Shown: positions 32,597 to 40,136, numbered from the stretch's first letter. The stretch: 41,138 bases of DNA from Acidobacteriota bacterium (GCA_019242175.1 JAFAVZ010000007.1:1-41138), one strand, 5' to 3'. A program made the numbers and translations. The notes: generated by a model from the letters alone, not told the origin.

Positions 32597-32865
32597 GTGT
32601 CATCCTGAGGCGGGCACGGCCCGCCGCGTTGGTTGGCCAAGCCTTTACGAGGCTTGGCGTCTTCGCAACTCTCGATGAAAGCGATGACATCGCGGGGGAC
32701 GGGTGGCGGCGTGGGGACGGGCTTCAGCCCATCCTGGGACCGGCTGAAGTCGGCCCCCACATTGATGTCATGAAAAGCCGCAGAGACGGCGAAGAATCTC
32801 CGGTTCCAGGCGAGCCGCGCCCGTGCCGGGAGATCCTTCGGCGTCTTCGCGCCTCAGGATGACAC
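32597..32865. repeat. Composite nested repeat: a family A element bounded by perfect 16-bp terminal inverted repeats, interrupted by family C, a 9-bp-stem hairpin, and family B
   Basis: GTGTCATCCTGAGGCG (32597-32612) is the exact reverse complement of CGCCTCAGGATGACAC (32850-32865). Inside are family C (32609-32643), GCCAAGCCT-ttacg-AGGCTTGGC (32635-32657), family B variant (32711-32760), and the family A inner arms GAAGAATCTCCGG...CCGGGAGATCCTTC (32791-32839). Confidence 0.8.
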
Positions 32866-32869
32866 ATCG

Positions 32870-33421
32870 ATGGCCACGCAACGCACACGCCTCGGCGTCC
32901 CCACCCGCAACGCGGTGGATTGGGAGGAGGCTGCGCTCGACGCGATCGCGGCCGGCGGTCTCCGCTCCGTGACGATCCCCTCGCTCGCCCAGACGCTCGG
33001 CGTGACCAAGGGCAGCTTCTACTGGCACTTCGCCTCGCTCGATGAATTGATCGCAGCCGCGCTCACGCGCTGGGAGCTCGCTGACAAGGCGACGCTCGCG
33101 ACACTCGCCGCGATCGAGGATCCCGCGACGCGATTGCGCGCGGCATTCGAAGAGGCGATGCAGCTGACCCGCGCCCAGGCGCTGTTCATCGCGCTCAATG
33201 CGACGCCCGACGATGCGGTCGTCGCGACTTTGCGCCGCGTGTCGCAACGCCGCATCCGCTTCCTCACCGCCGCGTTTCGGGAGCTGGGGCTCGAGGCGAA
33301 AGAAGCGCGCGAGCGAGCATTGCTCGCCTACACCGCCTACCTCGGCGCCTTTCATCTGCGCCGCCAGGCGCTCGACATCCCGACGTACGTTGCGCACGCC
33401 GCGAGGACGCTCATCCCGTGA
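32870..33421 (+). CDS. TetR/AcrR-family transcriptional regulator
   Basis: The N-terminal HTH is AALDAIAAGGLRSVTIPSLAQTLGVTKGSFYWHFASLDELI. 183 aa. Confidence 0.85.
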   Translation: MATQRTRLGVPTRNAVDWEEAALDAIAAGGLRSVTIPSLAQTLGVTKGSFYWHFASLDELIAAALTRWELADKATLATLAAIEDPATRLRAAFEEAMQLTRAQALFIALNATPDDAVVATLRRVSQRRIRFLTAAFRELGLEAKEARERALLAYTAYLGAFHLRRQALDIPTYVAHAARTLIP

Positions 33422-34359
33422 GGCCGCCCGAGGTGGTGCCGGCCTGGTACATGGCGGCGCCGTCACGCGCATTGAAGCCGGGGCGCACATTGCGCTTCCA
33501 GCTCGGCGATCTGCCGCTCGTGTTGTTCCGCGGACGGAACGATCACGTCGTGCATGCGTTGCCGGCGCATTGCCGGCATCAGGGTGTCGATCTCGCGCAT
33601 GGCGCGGTCGTCGGCGATTGCCTGCGTTGCCCGCTGCATCACTGGGAGTATCGCGACGCGTGCGTGCGTATCGCGAATGCTGCGCGTGTGCCGGCGGCGT
33701 TTCAGCGCGCTCACTACAAAGTGATGGAACGCTACGGGATGATCTTCGTGCATCCCGGCGTCGAGCCGACCGAGTTGCCGACGTTCACGCCGCCGGACGA
33801 AGAGCTCGCGTTTCTCAGCGGCGCGCAGGTCGACCTCGATTGTCCGTGGTACGTGCCGCTCGCGAACGCGTTCGACATGACCCATCTGCGCACGGTGCAT
33901 CATCGCGAGCTGCTCACGGCGCCGGAGATGACGTTTCCCCGCCCGATGACGTTCGTCGTGCGCTACGCGACGTCCGTCATCGGCAGCAGCTGGCACGACC
34001 GCGCGATGCGTGCGCTTTCGAGCAATCACATCGAGGTGATGATCACCTGCACGGCCTCGATGCTCCTCGTCGAGTCGTCGGCCGGGCGCACGCGGAGTTA
34101 CCTCATGGTCAGCCTCCGGCCGCGGCCCAACGGCGGCGTTTCGATCCTGCCGCTGTACGCCGTGCCGAAGCGCAGAAGCGGGCTGCATCACGCGCACGTG
34201 CGCGCGGCGCGAGCGCTGTTCAACGCGTTCCTGCGGCGCGACGTCAGCCCGCTCTCCGGCATCCGCTTCCCCGAGCCTTACGTCGATCCGCACGACGCGA
34301 CGATCGACGCCGCCTACCGCCATCTGTGCCGGCTTCCGGCCTATCAAAGCGAGGAATGA
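33418..34359 (+). CDS. Rieske [2Fe-2S] non-heme iron oxygenase
   Basis: The Rieske motif is C-R-H (AHCRHQG) then C-P-L-H (LRCPLHHW). The mononuclear iron motif is D-x2-H-x4-H (FDMTHLRTVHH). The GTG start forms a GTGA overlap with the tetR stop. Confidence 0.8.
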   Translation: MRPPEVVPAWYMAAPSRALKPGRTLRFQLGDLPLVLFRGRNDHVVHALPAHCRHQGVDLAHGAVVGDCLRCPLHHWEYRDACVRIANAARVPAAFQRAHYKVMERYGMIFVHPGVEPTELPTFTPPDEELAFLSGAQVDLDCPWYVPLANAFDMTHLRTVHHRELLTAPEMTFPRPMTFVVRYATSVIGSSWHDRAMRALSSNHIEVMITCTASMLLVESSAGRTRSYLMVSLRPRPNGGVSILPLYAVPKRRSGLHHAHVRAARALFNAFLRRDVSPLSGIRFPEPYVDPHDATIDAAYRHLCRLPAYQSEE

Positions 34360-34955
34360 TGATGAGAAGACTGCTGCCGATGCTCCTGCTGATGTCCACG
34401 CTTCCGGCGATTGCCCAGGCGCCGCCCGCGCCGAATCCCGACGAACCGGTGCACCAGGCGTTGCGCCAGCTGAAGGCGACGATGGCGAAGGCGCTGAACG
34501 AACGCGACCTGAACACGATCGTCGCGAACGTCACGCCGAACGTCGTGTTCACGACGATGAACGGCGACGTGTGCCACGGCCCGGCGGAGATCCGCGCGTA
34601 CTTCGACAAGATGCTCAACGCGCCGGGACACATCGTCAAGAACCTGACGGTGTCCTTCGAGGCCGACGCGCTCACCGACCTGCACGGCGGCGACACCGGC
34701 ATCGCGTACGGCAGCTCGAACGATCACTACGAGCTGACGAACGGCCAGGTCTTCGACATCCACGGCCGCTGGAGCTGCACGCTCGTGAAGGAAGGCGACC
34801 GCTGGCTCATCGCGAACTTCCACTACTCCGCGAACGTGTTCGACAACCCTATCCTGAACAAGACGAAGCAGTGGGCGACGTGGGCCGCCGTCGGTGCGGC
34901 GATCGTGGCGTTGCTGGTCGGCTTCTTCGTCGGACGGCGCACGCGGCGGGCATGA
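34356..34955 (+). CDS. Secreted or membrane-anchored NTF2/SnoaL-like (DUF4440-type) protein
   Basis: It has a signal peptide (MMMRRLLPMLLLMSTLPAIAQA) and an NTF2-like core (ALNERDLNTIVANVTPNVVFTTMNGDV...GRWSCTLVKEGDRWLIANFHYS). The C-terminal TM anchor is WAAVGAAIVALLVGFFVG. ATGA overlap with the Rieske stop. Confidence 0.6.
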   Translation: MMMRRLLPMLLLMSTLPAIAQAPPAPNPDEPVHQALRQLKATMAKALNERDLNTIVANVTPNVVFTTMNGDVCHGPAEIRAYFDKMLNAPGHIVKNLTVSFEADALTDLHGGDTGIAYGSSNDHYELTNGQVFDIHGRWSCTLVKEGDRWLIANFHYSANVFDNPILNKTKQWATWAAVGAAIVALLVGFFVGRRTRRA

Positions 34956-35830
34956 AGATTCCGGGCGGCCTGAACGTCGCGCTGACCGCGCTCGCCGCGG
35001 CAGCGTGTTGCGCGCTCTTGCGCATCGCGTCGCACGGCGCTTCTCATGGCGCGTGGTGGCTGCTCGCGCTGGCCGCCATTGCATTCTCGTTCACGAACAA
35101 CACGATGTTCTCGCTGCTGCACGAATCCGTGCACGGCATTGCCCATCGCAACCGTCGCATGAACGAGATCGTCGGTACGTTCGCCGCCGCGTTCTTCCCC
35201 ACGTCGCTGTCACTCCAGCGTCTCTTCCACCTCGGCCACCACGCCCACAACCGATCCGATCACGAGCAGTTCGACTACCTCCGTCCCGGCGATCGCCCGT
35301 GGCTGAAACGCGCGCAGTGGTATTCGATCCTGACCGGGCTCTATTGGCTGTTCGTGCCCGTCGGCGCCGTGATGTTCGCGCTCTGGCCGAGCTTCTTCGC
35401 GAAGCCGTTTGTCGCCGCGCGCCAGACCGGGGGCGCGTCCGTGTTCGCGTTCCTCGACAACGCGCCGCGCACGCGCATCCGGCTCGAAGCGCTGTTCGCG
35501 ATCGCCGTGCAGGCGTCGTTCTTCTTCGCGCTCGGCGTGACGTGGCGCGGTTGGCTCGCGTGCTACGTGGCGTTCGCCGTGAACTGGAGCTCGCTGCAGT
35601 ACGCCGATCACGCGTTCTCGCCGCTCGACGTCCGCGAAGGCGCGTGGAACCTGCGCGTGAATCCCATCACGCGGCTGCTGTTCCTCAACTATCACCATCA
35701 CCTCGCCCACCATCAGCACCCGCAAGTCCCGTGGCTCCACCTCGGACGTTTCGTCGACGGACGCGCGGAACGGCCGCGGTTCTGGCGCGTCTATCTCTCG
35801 ATGTGGCGCGGCCCGCGCCCGATGCCATGA
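34952..35830 (+). CDS. Membrane fatty-acid-desaturase-family di-iron enzyme (desaturase, hydroxylase or ketolase type)
   Basis: Three His boxes are present: HESVHG, HLGHHAH and HHHLAHHQH. It has multiple TM helices. ATGA overlap with the upstream stop. Confidence 0.8.
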   Translation: MKIPGGLNVALTALAAAACCALLRIASHGASHGAWWLLALAAIAFSFTNNTMFSLLHESVHGIAHRNRRMNEIVGTFAAAFFPTSLSLQRLFHLGHHAHNRSDHEQFDYLRPGDRPWLKRAQWYSILTGLYWLFVPVGAVMFALWPSFFAKPFVAARQTGGASVFAFLDNAPRTRIRLEALFAIAVQASFFFALGVTWRGWLACYVAFAVNWSSLQYADHAFSPLDVREGAWNLRVNPITRLLFLNYHHHLAHHQHPQVPWLHLGRFVDGRAERPRFWRVYLSMWRGPRPMP

Positions 35831-37200
35831 AACGCTTCCTGCTCTTCGGTGTGCTGTTCGGCGTGTGCTACAGCGGCGCGTCGTGGCTCGCGATGCAGCG
35901 CGCGTCGCTGCCGTCGTGGGCTTTTCCGTTCGAACAGCACGTGCCGTTCGTCCCGTGGATGGCGTATGTCTATCTGACGATCATCCCGGCGTTGCTCGTC
36001 GCGCCTCTGCTGCTGCGCGACGAGCTGCGCGCATTCGCGACGACGCTCTGCTGGGAGACGGTGATCGCCTGCGCGTTCTTCGTCGTGTATCCGCTCACGA
36101 CGAGCTTCCACCGCCCGCCCGTGTCGATGCTCGCGTTCCGCGTTGCTGATGCGTTGAACCTCGAGGCCAACGAGTTTCCGTCGCTCCACGTGGCGTTCGC
36201 CGTGACGTGCGCATGGGTGTACGGCCGCCGCCGCAGAGGTGTCATCCTGAGCCCCGCAGAGGGCGAAGGATCTCCTCGCAAGAGCCAGGAGATCCTTCGC
36301 TTCGCTCAGGATGACAAGAGGACTGTTTTCTGGATCACGTGGTGCGTTCTCGTGAGCGCCTCCGCCTGGCTCACGTGGGAGCATCAGCTCATCGATCTTC
36401 TCGGCGGCGCCGTTCTCGCCTGGGCGTGCATCCAACGCGAGATCGTGTGGGCCGAGCTCTGTTGCCTCGTGCAATGCGCGCGATTCTCGCGACGTCACGT
36501 GCGCTACTTCGTGATCTTCCTCGCGATCTGGGGGCCGTCGTTGCTGCATTGGCGACGAACGCGCGTCATCCGCTTCGCGTTCGTCACCGCGCAGTGGATC
36601 GACGATCTGCTCGACGGCGACCGCCCGTCGAAACGCGACCCGTTGCTGATCGTCGACGAGCTGCTCGCCCGCCGCTTCACCCGCGAGCCGTTGCCGCGTT
36701 TGATGGCCGCGCTCTTCCGCGAACTGAAACCACAGGACGAGTTCCTCGACCTGATCCGCGAAATGCGCCTTGACCGCCTCCGCCTCGGCGAGCGTTGGAC
36801 CGCGGCGCCGCTCGAGGAGCATCACCGCCGCACGTTCGCGCTTTCCGTCGACCTGATGCTGCAGCTCACCGGCTGCCGTACGCGGGCGACCGAGGTGATG
36901 CCGCTCGTCGATGCGCTCGCGTGGTGCTCCGTGTTCCGCGACCTCGACGACGATCTCGCGAAGGGCTTGATCAACATCCCGCTCGAGGTGACCGACGCCG
37001 AAGCATGGAGTCGGGACGAACATGCGCGAGCGTTGCGGACGCTGCGCGAGAGCGAGAACGCGATTGCCGCACTCAGCGATCGCAAGGCCCAACGCATCCT
37101 CGGCGTGTTCCAACGCTCCATCGAAAAGTTCGCAGCGGGCCGCCTGGAGAATCGCGAGGCTGTGTCGACGGCTCAGGACGGCAGACCGGCCGTTCCCTAG
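35827..37200 (+). CDS. Fusion protein: N-terminal PAP2_C/sphingomyelin-synthase-like membrane domain plus C-terminal squalene/phytoene-synthase-like (class 1 isoprenoid synthase) domain
   Basis: The N-domain has FPSLHVAFAV and WEHQLIDLLGGAVLA (the S-x-H and H-x-x-x-D type motifs of PAP2_C). The C-domain has two Asp-rich motifs, AQWIDDLLDGD and VFRDLDDDLAKGLINIP, resembling SQS_PSY. ATGA overlap with the desaturase stop. Confidence 0.6.
   Translation: MKRFLLFGVLFGVCYSGASWLAMQRASLPSWAFPFEQHVPFVPWMAYVYLTIIPALLVAPLLLRDELRAFATTLCWETVIACAFFVVYPLTTSFHRPPVSMLAFRVADALNLEANEFPSLHVAFAVTCAWVYGRRRRGVILSPAEGEGSPRKSQEILRFAQDDKRTVFWITWCVLVSASAWLTWEHQLIDLLGGAVLAWACIQREIVWAELCCLVQCARFSRRHVRYFVIFLAIWGPSLLHWRRTRVIRFAFVTAQWIDDLLDGDRPSKRDPLLIVDELLARRFTREPLPRLMAALFRELKPQDEFLDLIREMRLDRLRLGERWTAAPLEEHHRRTFALSVDLMLQLTGCRTRATEVMPLVDALAWCSVFRDLDDDLAKGLINIPLEVTDAEAWSRDEHARALRTLRESENAIAALSDRKAQRILGVFQRSIEKFAAGRLENREAVSTAQDGRPAVP
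36241..36315. repeat. Repeat family A full compact copy inside the PAP2-like domain CDS
   Basis: gtcatcctgagccccgcagagggcgaaggatctcc-tcgcaagagcca-ggagatccttcgcttcgctcaggatgac. It translates in-frame as VILSPAEGEGSPRKSQEILRFAQDD. The length is 75 nt. Confidence 0.85.
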
Positions 37201-37215
37201 TAGGCGCCGCAAAGC

Positions 37216-37248
37216 CTATGGCCATTAGCGCGGCGGGCCGTGCCCGCC
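37216..37248 (-). repeat. Repeat family C copy; GC hairpin (GGCGGGC-ACG-GCCCGCC on the minus strand) abutting the tRNA 3' end
   Basis: Plus-strand sequence is ctatggccattagcgcggcgggccgtgcccgcc. The 7-bp stem includes the tRNA discriminator position. Confidence 0.65.
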
Positions 37249-37334
37249 GGAGGAGGTGGGATTCGAACCCACGGTACGGTTGCCCGTACGGCGGTTTTCA
37301 AGACCGCTGCCTTAAACCACTCGACCACTCCTCC
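37248..37334 (-). tRNA. tRNA-Ser (anticodon UGA), CCA not encoded
   Basis: Folded by hand. Acceptor is GGAGGAG/CTCCTCC. Anticodon stem is GCGGT/ACCGC with loop CTTGAAA. It has a long variable arm (GTACGGGCAACCGTAC), a T arm GTGGG-TTCGAAT-CCCAC, and discriminator G. Confidence 0.9.
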
Positions 37335-37364
37335 AGGCTTGGCGCGGTGAAGGCGAACAGCGTG

Positions 37365-38483
37365 TCACGGCAAAAGATTCACGTCCAGCGTGATCTTCAG
37401 CTTGAGGCGGCGGTGACGTTTCAGCTCGTCGATGGAGAGGTTCAGCGGGATGCTGACCTCCTTCGTGAGGCCGTCGCCGGAACGGCGCTCGGCGGGGGGA
37501 GCGGGCGGCGCGGCGACTGCCGACGGGGCGGAGTCGAGGGAGGGGAGCGAGTCGAGGATGCCGGGTGGGAGCGGGATTTCGATCGAGGCGAGCGGCACCT
37601 CGATCGGCGGAGCCACGGGGGCGAGGCCGGGCGTGCTGAAGTAGTCCGAGACCTCGTCGTCGGAGTCGCTGTTGAACGGGTTGACGAGCTCCGTGGCGAC
37701 GAGCGGGATCGAGTCGTCGTCCGAGGCGTCGTCGACGACGAAGCCGGGCGAGGAAGAGGTGACTGGCGGCGGGACGGGAGGTGGGGGCGCGACCGGCGGA
37801 AGGTCGTCGTCCCAAAGCGAGTCGACCGGCGGCGCGTCCGACGCGCGCGCGTTCAGGATCTGGATCTCGCGCTCGATCGGCTCCGTTCCTTCCAGCCCGT
37901 ACTTGCGGATGAGATGCGCGAGCACGAGCTGCGTGATGCCCTTCAGCGTCTCCTCGACGCCGATCCCGGTCGTGGCCACGGACTCGAACGTCGGCACCTT
38001 CTGCTTGTTCAGCTCCGCGTCCATCGACGCGGTGTTCATCGCGTTCGGCAGATCGCGTTTGTTGTACTGGATCACCAGCGGGATCTCGCGGAGGCGGATG
38101 CCCTGGCGTTTCAGGTTGTCCTCGAGGTTCTGCAGCGACTCCAGGTTCGCGTCGAGCGCGAAGTCCTGCGAGTCGGCGACGAACACGATGCCGTCCGCGC
38201 CTTTCAGCACGAGCTGGCGCGTCGAGTTGTAGTAGACCTGGCCCGGCACGGTGTAGAGCTGCAGCTTCGTGCGCATGCCTCGGATCTTGCCGAGGTCGAG
38301 AGGGAGGAAGTCGAAGAAGAGGGTGCGGTCCGTCTTCGTCGCCAGCGAGAGCATCTTGCTCTTGTTGTTCGACGGCAGCGAGTCGTAGACGAACTGCAGA
38401 TTGGTCGTCTTCCCGCAAAGACCGGGACCGTAGTAGACGATCTTCGCGGTGATCTCTTTCGTTGCGTAATTGAAGAGGACCAT
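37365..38483 (-). CDS. MglA-family Ras-like small GTPase with a roughly 180-aa Pro/Asp/Ser-rich C-terminal extension
   Basis: The first roughly 195 aa align by eye with Myxococcus MglA: KIVYYGPGLCGKTTNLQ (P-loop), DRTLFFDFLP, LYTVPGQVYY (switch II) and IQYNKRDLPNA (NKxD). The low-complexity extension ends in KEVSIPLNLSIDELKRHRRLKLKITLDVNLLP. Confidence 0.8.
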   Translation of the reverse strand: MVLFNYATKEITAKIVYYGPGLCGKTTNLQFVYDSLPSNNKSKMLSLATKTDRTLFFDFLPLDLGKIRGMRTKLQLYTVPGQVYYNSTRQLVLKGADGIVFVADSQDFALDANLESLQNLEDNLKRQGIRLREIPLVIQYNKRDLPNAMNTASMDAELNKQKVPTFESVATTGIGVEETLKGITQLVLAHLIRKYGLEGTEPIEREIQILNARASDAPPVDSLWDDDLPPVAPPPPVPPPVTSSSPGFVVDDASDDDSIPLVATELVNPFNSDSDDEVSDYFSTPGLAPVAPPIEVPLASIEIPLPPGILDSLPSLDSAPSAVAAPPAPPAERRSGDGLTKEVSIPLNLSIDELKRHRRLKLKITLDVNLLP

Positions 38484-38534
38484 GGGGTCGTTTCTTGCGA
38501 CTTGAGGATATCATCCACCGCCGCGGAGGTGGAG

Positions 38535-40136
38535 ATGCCCCTGATGCGGTACGCGGCCGTTGTACTCCTTTTCCTTGCGGCGTTTGCGGCCTGGGGCGAT
38601 GCGCCCGGCGTCTACGCGATCACCGGCGGCACCGTGCACACGGCGGCCGGAGCGGACATCGCGAATGGCGTCGTCATCGTCCGGGACGGATTGATCGAGG
38701 CGGTGGGAGCCGGGATTCCGGTGCCCGCAGACGCCTCCACGATCGACGCCAGCGGGATGCACGTCTATCCCGGTCTCATCGACGCTCAGTCGTCGTTGGG
38801 CTTTCCGGTCGCGAGGAATCAACGAAGACGCTTCGGCGGCGGCGCGCGCAGCGCGGCGCAGGAAGGGCCGGCGCTTCCCGACACCTCGCCGTCGTTCCTC
38901 GCCATCAGCGCCGTGAAGCTCTCCGATGACGATCTCGATGCCGCGCGCTCCGCGGGCATCACCACGATCGCCACCGTGCCCACGAACGGGATCTTCAACG
39001 GCCAATCCGTCGTCCTCAACCTCGGCGGCGGGAGTGCGGAATCGCGGGTCGTGAAGACGCCGGCGACGACGCAGGTCTCGTTCAATACGCGGCCGTCGAA
39101 CACGTATCCCGACTCGCTGATGGGCGTGATCTCGTACATCCGCCAGTCGCTGCTCGACGCGCAGCAGTACTCGGCCGCGCGCACCGTTTACGACAAGTCG
39201 CCGGCCGGGAATCGGCGTCCCGAGGAGAACCTCGCGTCGCAGGCGCTGGGTCAGGTGCTGCGGCGCGATCTGCCGGTGGTGTTCAACGCGAACGACGAAC
39301 TGATGATGCGCCGCGCGATGGCCATCAGCCGCGAGTTCAACCTCCGGCTCATCCTCGCCGGCGCGCGCCAGGCCTATCGCATGCCGGACGAGCTCAAACA
39401 GGCAAACATCCCGCTCTTCGTCTCGATCAACTGGCCGAAGGCGCCGGCGGACAAGGACGACCGCGAGGAACAGCCGCTGCGCGTGATCCGCGATCGGCAG
39501 CTCGCGCCGACGTCGCCCGCATCGCTGGCGAAGAGCGGCGCGGCGTTCGCGCTCGTGACCGGCGGTGCGAAGTCCGCCGACTTCGCGGGCGGCGTGCGCA
39601 AGGCGATGGACAACGGCCTCTCCGCCGATGACGCTCTCCGCGCCACGACCTTGTGGCCCGCGCGCATCCTCGGCGTCGACCGCCAGCTCGGGTCGCTCGA
39701 GAAGGGGAAGATCGCGAACGTCGTCGTCACCGACAAGCCGATCTTCGCGAAGGACCGGCAGGTCAAACGGCTGATCATCGACGGCCGCGAAGTGCACGTC
39801 ACGCCTGCTGCAGAACGGAAACGCGGTGCGGCCGGACCAATCGACGGCACGTGGAGCATCACCGTGCGCGGCTCGCAGGGCGACGTCGCGATCAGCGCCA
39901 CGCTGCACGGAGAGGACGGCAAAGTCACCGGCACTTTCAGCGGCGACGGCGGCTCGGGCGAGGTCCGCAACGGCACACTCGACGGCACCACGATCGAGTT
40001 CACGATCACCGCGAAGACGGCGCAGCAGGAGACCGGCGACTGGGTGTTCCACGGCACGGTCAGCGGCACCTCCATGACCGGCACGGTGAGCACGAACCTC
40101 GGCACGTTCCAGTTCACGGGGAGCAAGGCGAAATGA
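38535..40136 (+). CDS. Secreted amidohydrolase-superfamily protein lacking the canonical HxH metal motif, with a C-terminal beta-rich extension
   Basis: It has a signal peptide (MPLMRYAAVVLLFLAAFAAWG). VYPGLIDAQSSLG replaces the usual PG(L/I)IDxHxH. GGAGGTGGAG lies upstream. The long track ORF (from 36795) is an artefact upstream of this start. Confidence 0.7.
   Translation: MPLMRYAAVVLLFLAAFAAWGDAPGVYAITGGTVHTAAGADIANGVVIVRDGLIEAVGAGIPVPADASTIDASGMHVYPGLIDAQSSLGFPVARNQRRRFGGGARSAAQEGPALPDTSPSFLAISAVKLSDDDLDAARSAGITTIATVPTNGIFNGQSVVLNLGGGSAESRVVKTPATTQVSFNTRPSNTYPDSLMGVISYIRQSLLDAQQYSAARTVYDKSPAGNRRPEENLASQALGQVLRRDLPVVFNANDELMMRRAMAISREFNLRLILAGARQAYRMPDELKQANIPLFVSINWPKAPADKDDREEQPLRVIRDRQLAPTSPASLAKSGAAFALVTGGAKSADFAGGVRKAMDNGLSADDALRATTLWPARILGVDRQLGSLEKGKIANVVVTDKPIFAKDRQVKRLIIDGREVHVTPAAERKRGAAGPIDGTWSITVRGSQGDVAISATLHGEDGKVTGTFSGDGGSGEVRNGTLDGTTIEFTITAKTAQQETGDWVFHGTVSGTSMTGTVSTNLGTFQFTGSKAK

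Noticed and set aside
32536-32760. 74-aa minus-strand ORF (GTG start) whose TGA overlaps the ATG of the first radical SAM gene. It could be imagined as a RiPP precursor or leader peptide.
   Set aside because: Its sequence consists almost entirely of read-through of repeat families B and C plus the hairpin (GADFSRSQDGLKPVPT, LANQRGGPCPPQDD). Third-position GC looks lower than in the neighbouring genes. The ATGA junction can arise by chance. It is worth a quick look in proteomics data, but I do not call it a gene.
33198-34355. Long plus-strand ORF (585 aa) upstream of the NTF2-like protein. The same applies to the upstream parts of the track ORFs 34571-35830 and 34894-37200.
   Set aside because: These upstream portions are alternate frames of the TetR, Rieske, NTF2 and desaturase genes. 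The real genes start at the ATGA junctions.
36795-38534. N-terminal 580 aa of the 1113-aa track ORF preceding the amidohydrolase
   Set aside because: It runs across a tRNA gene and lies antisense to the MglA-like gene. The amidohydrolase has its own SD, ATG and signal peptide at 38535.
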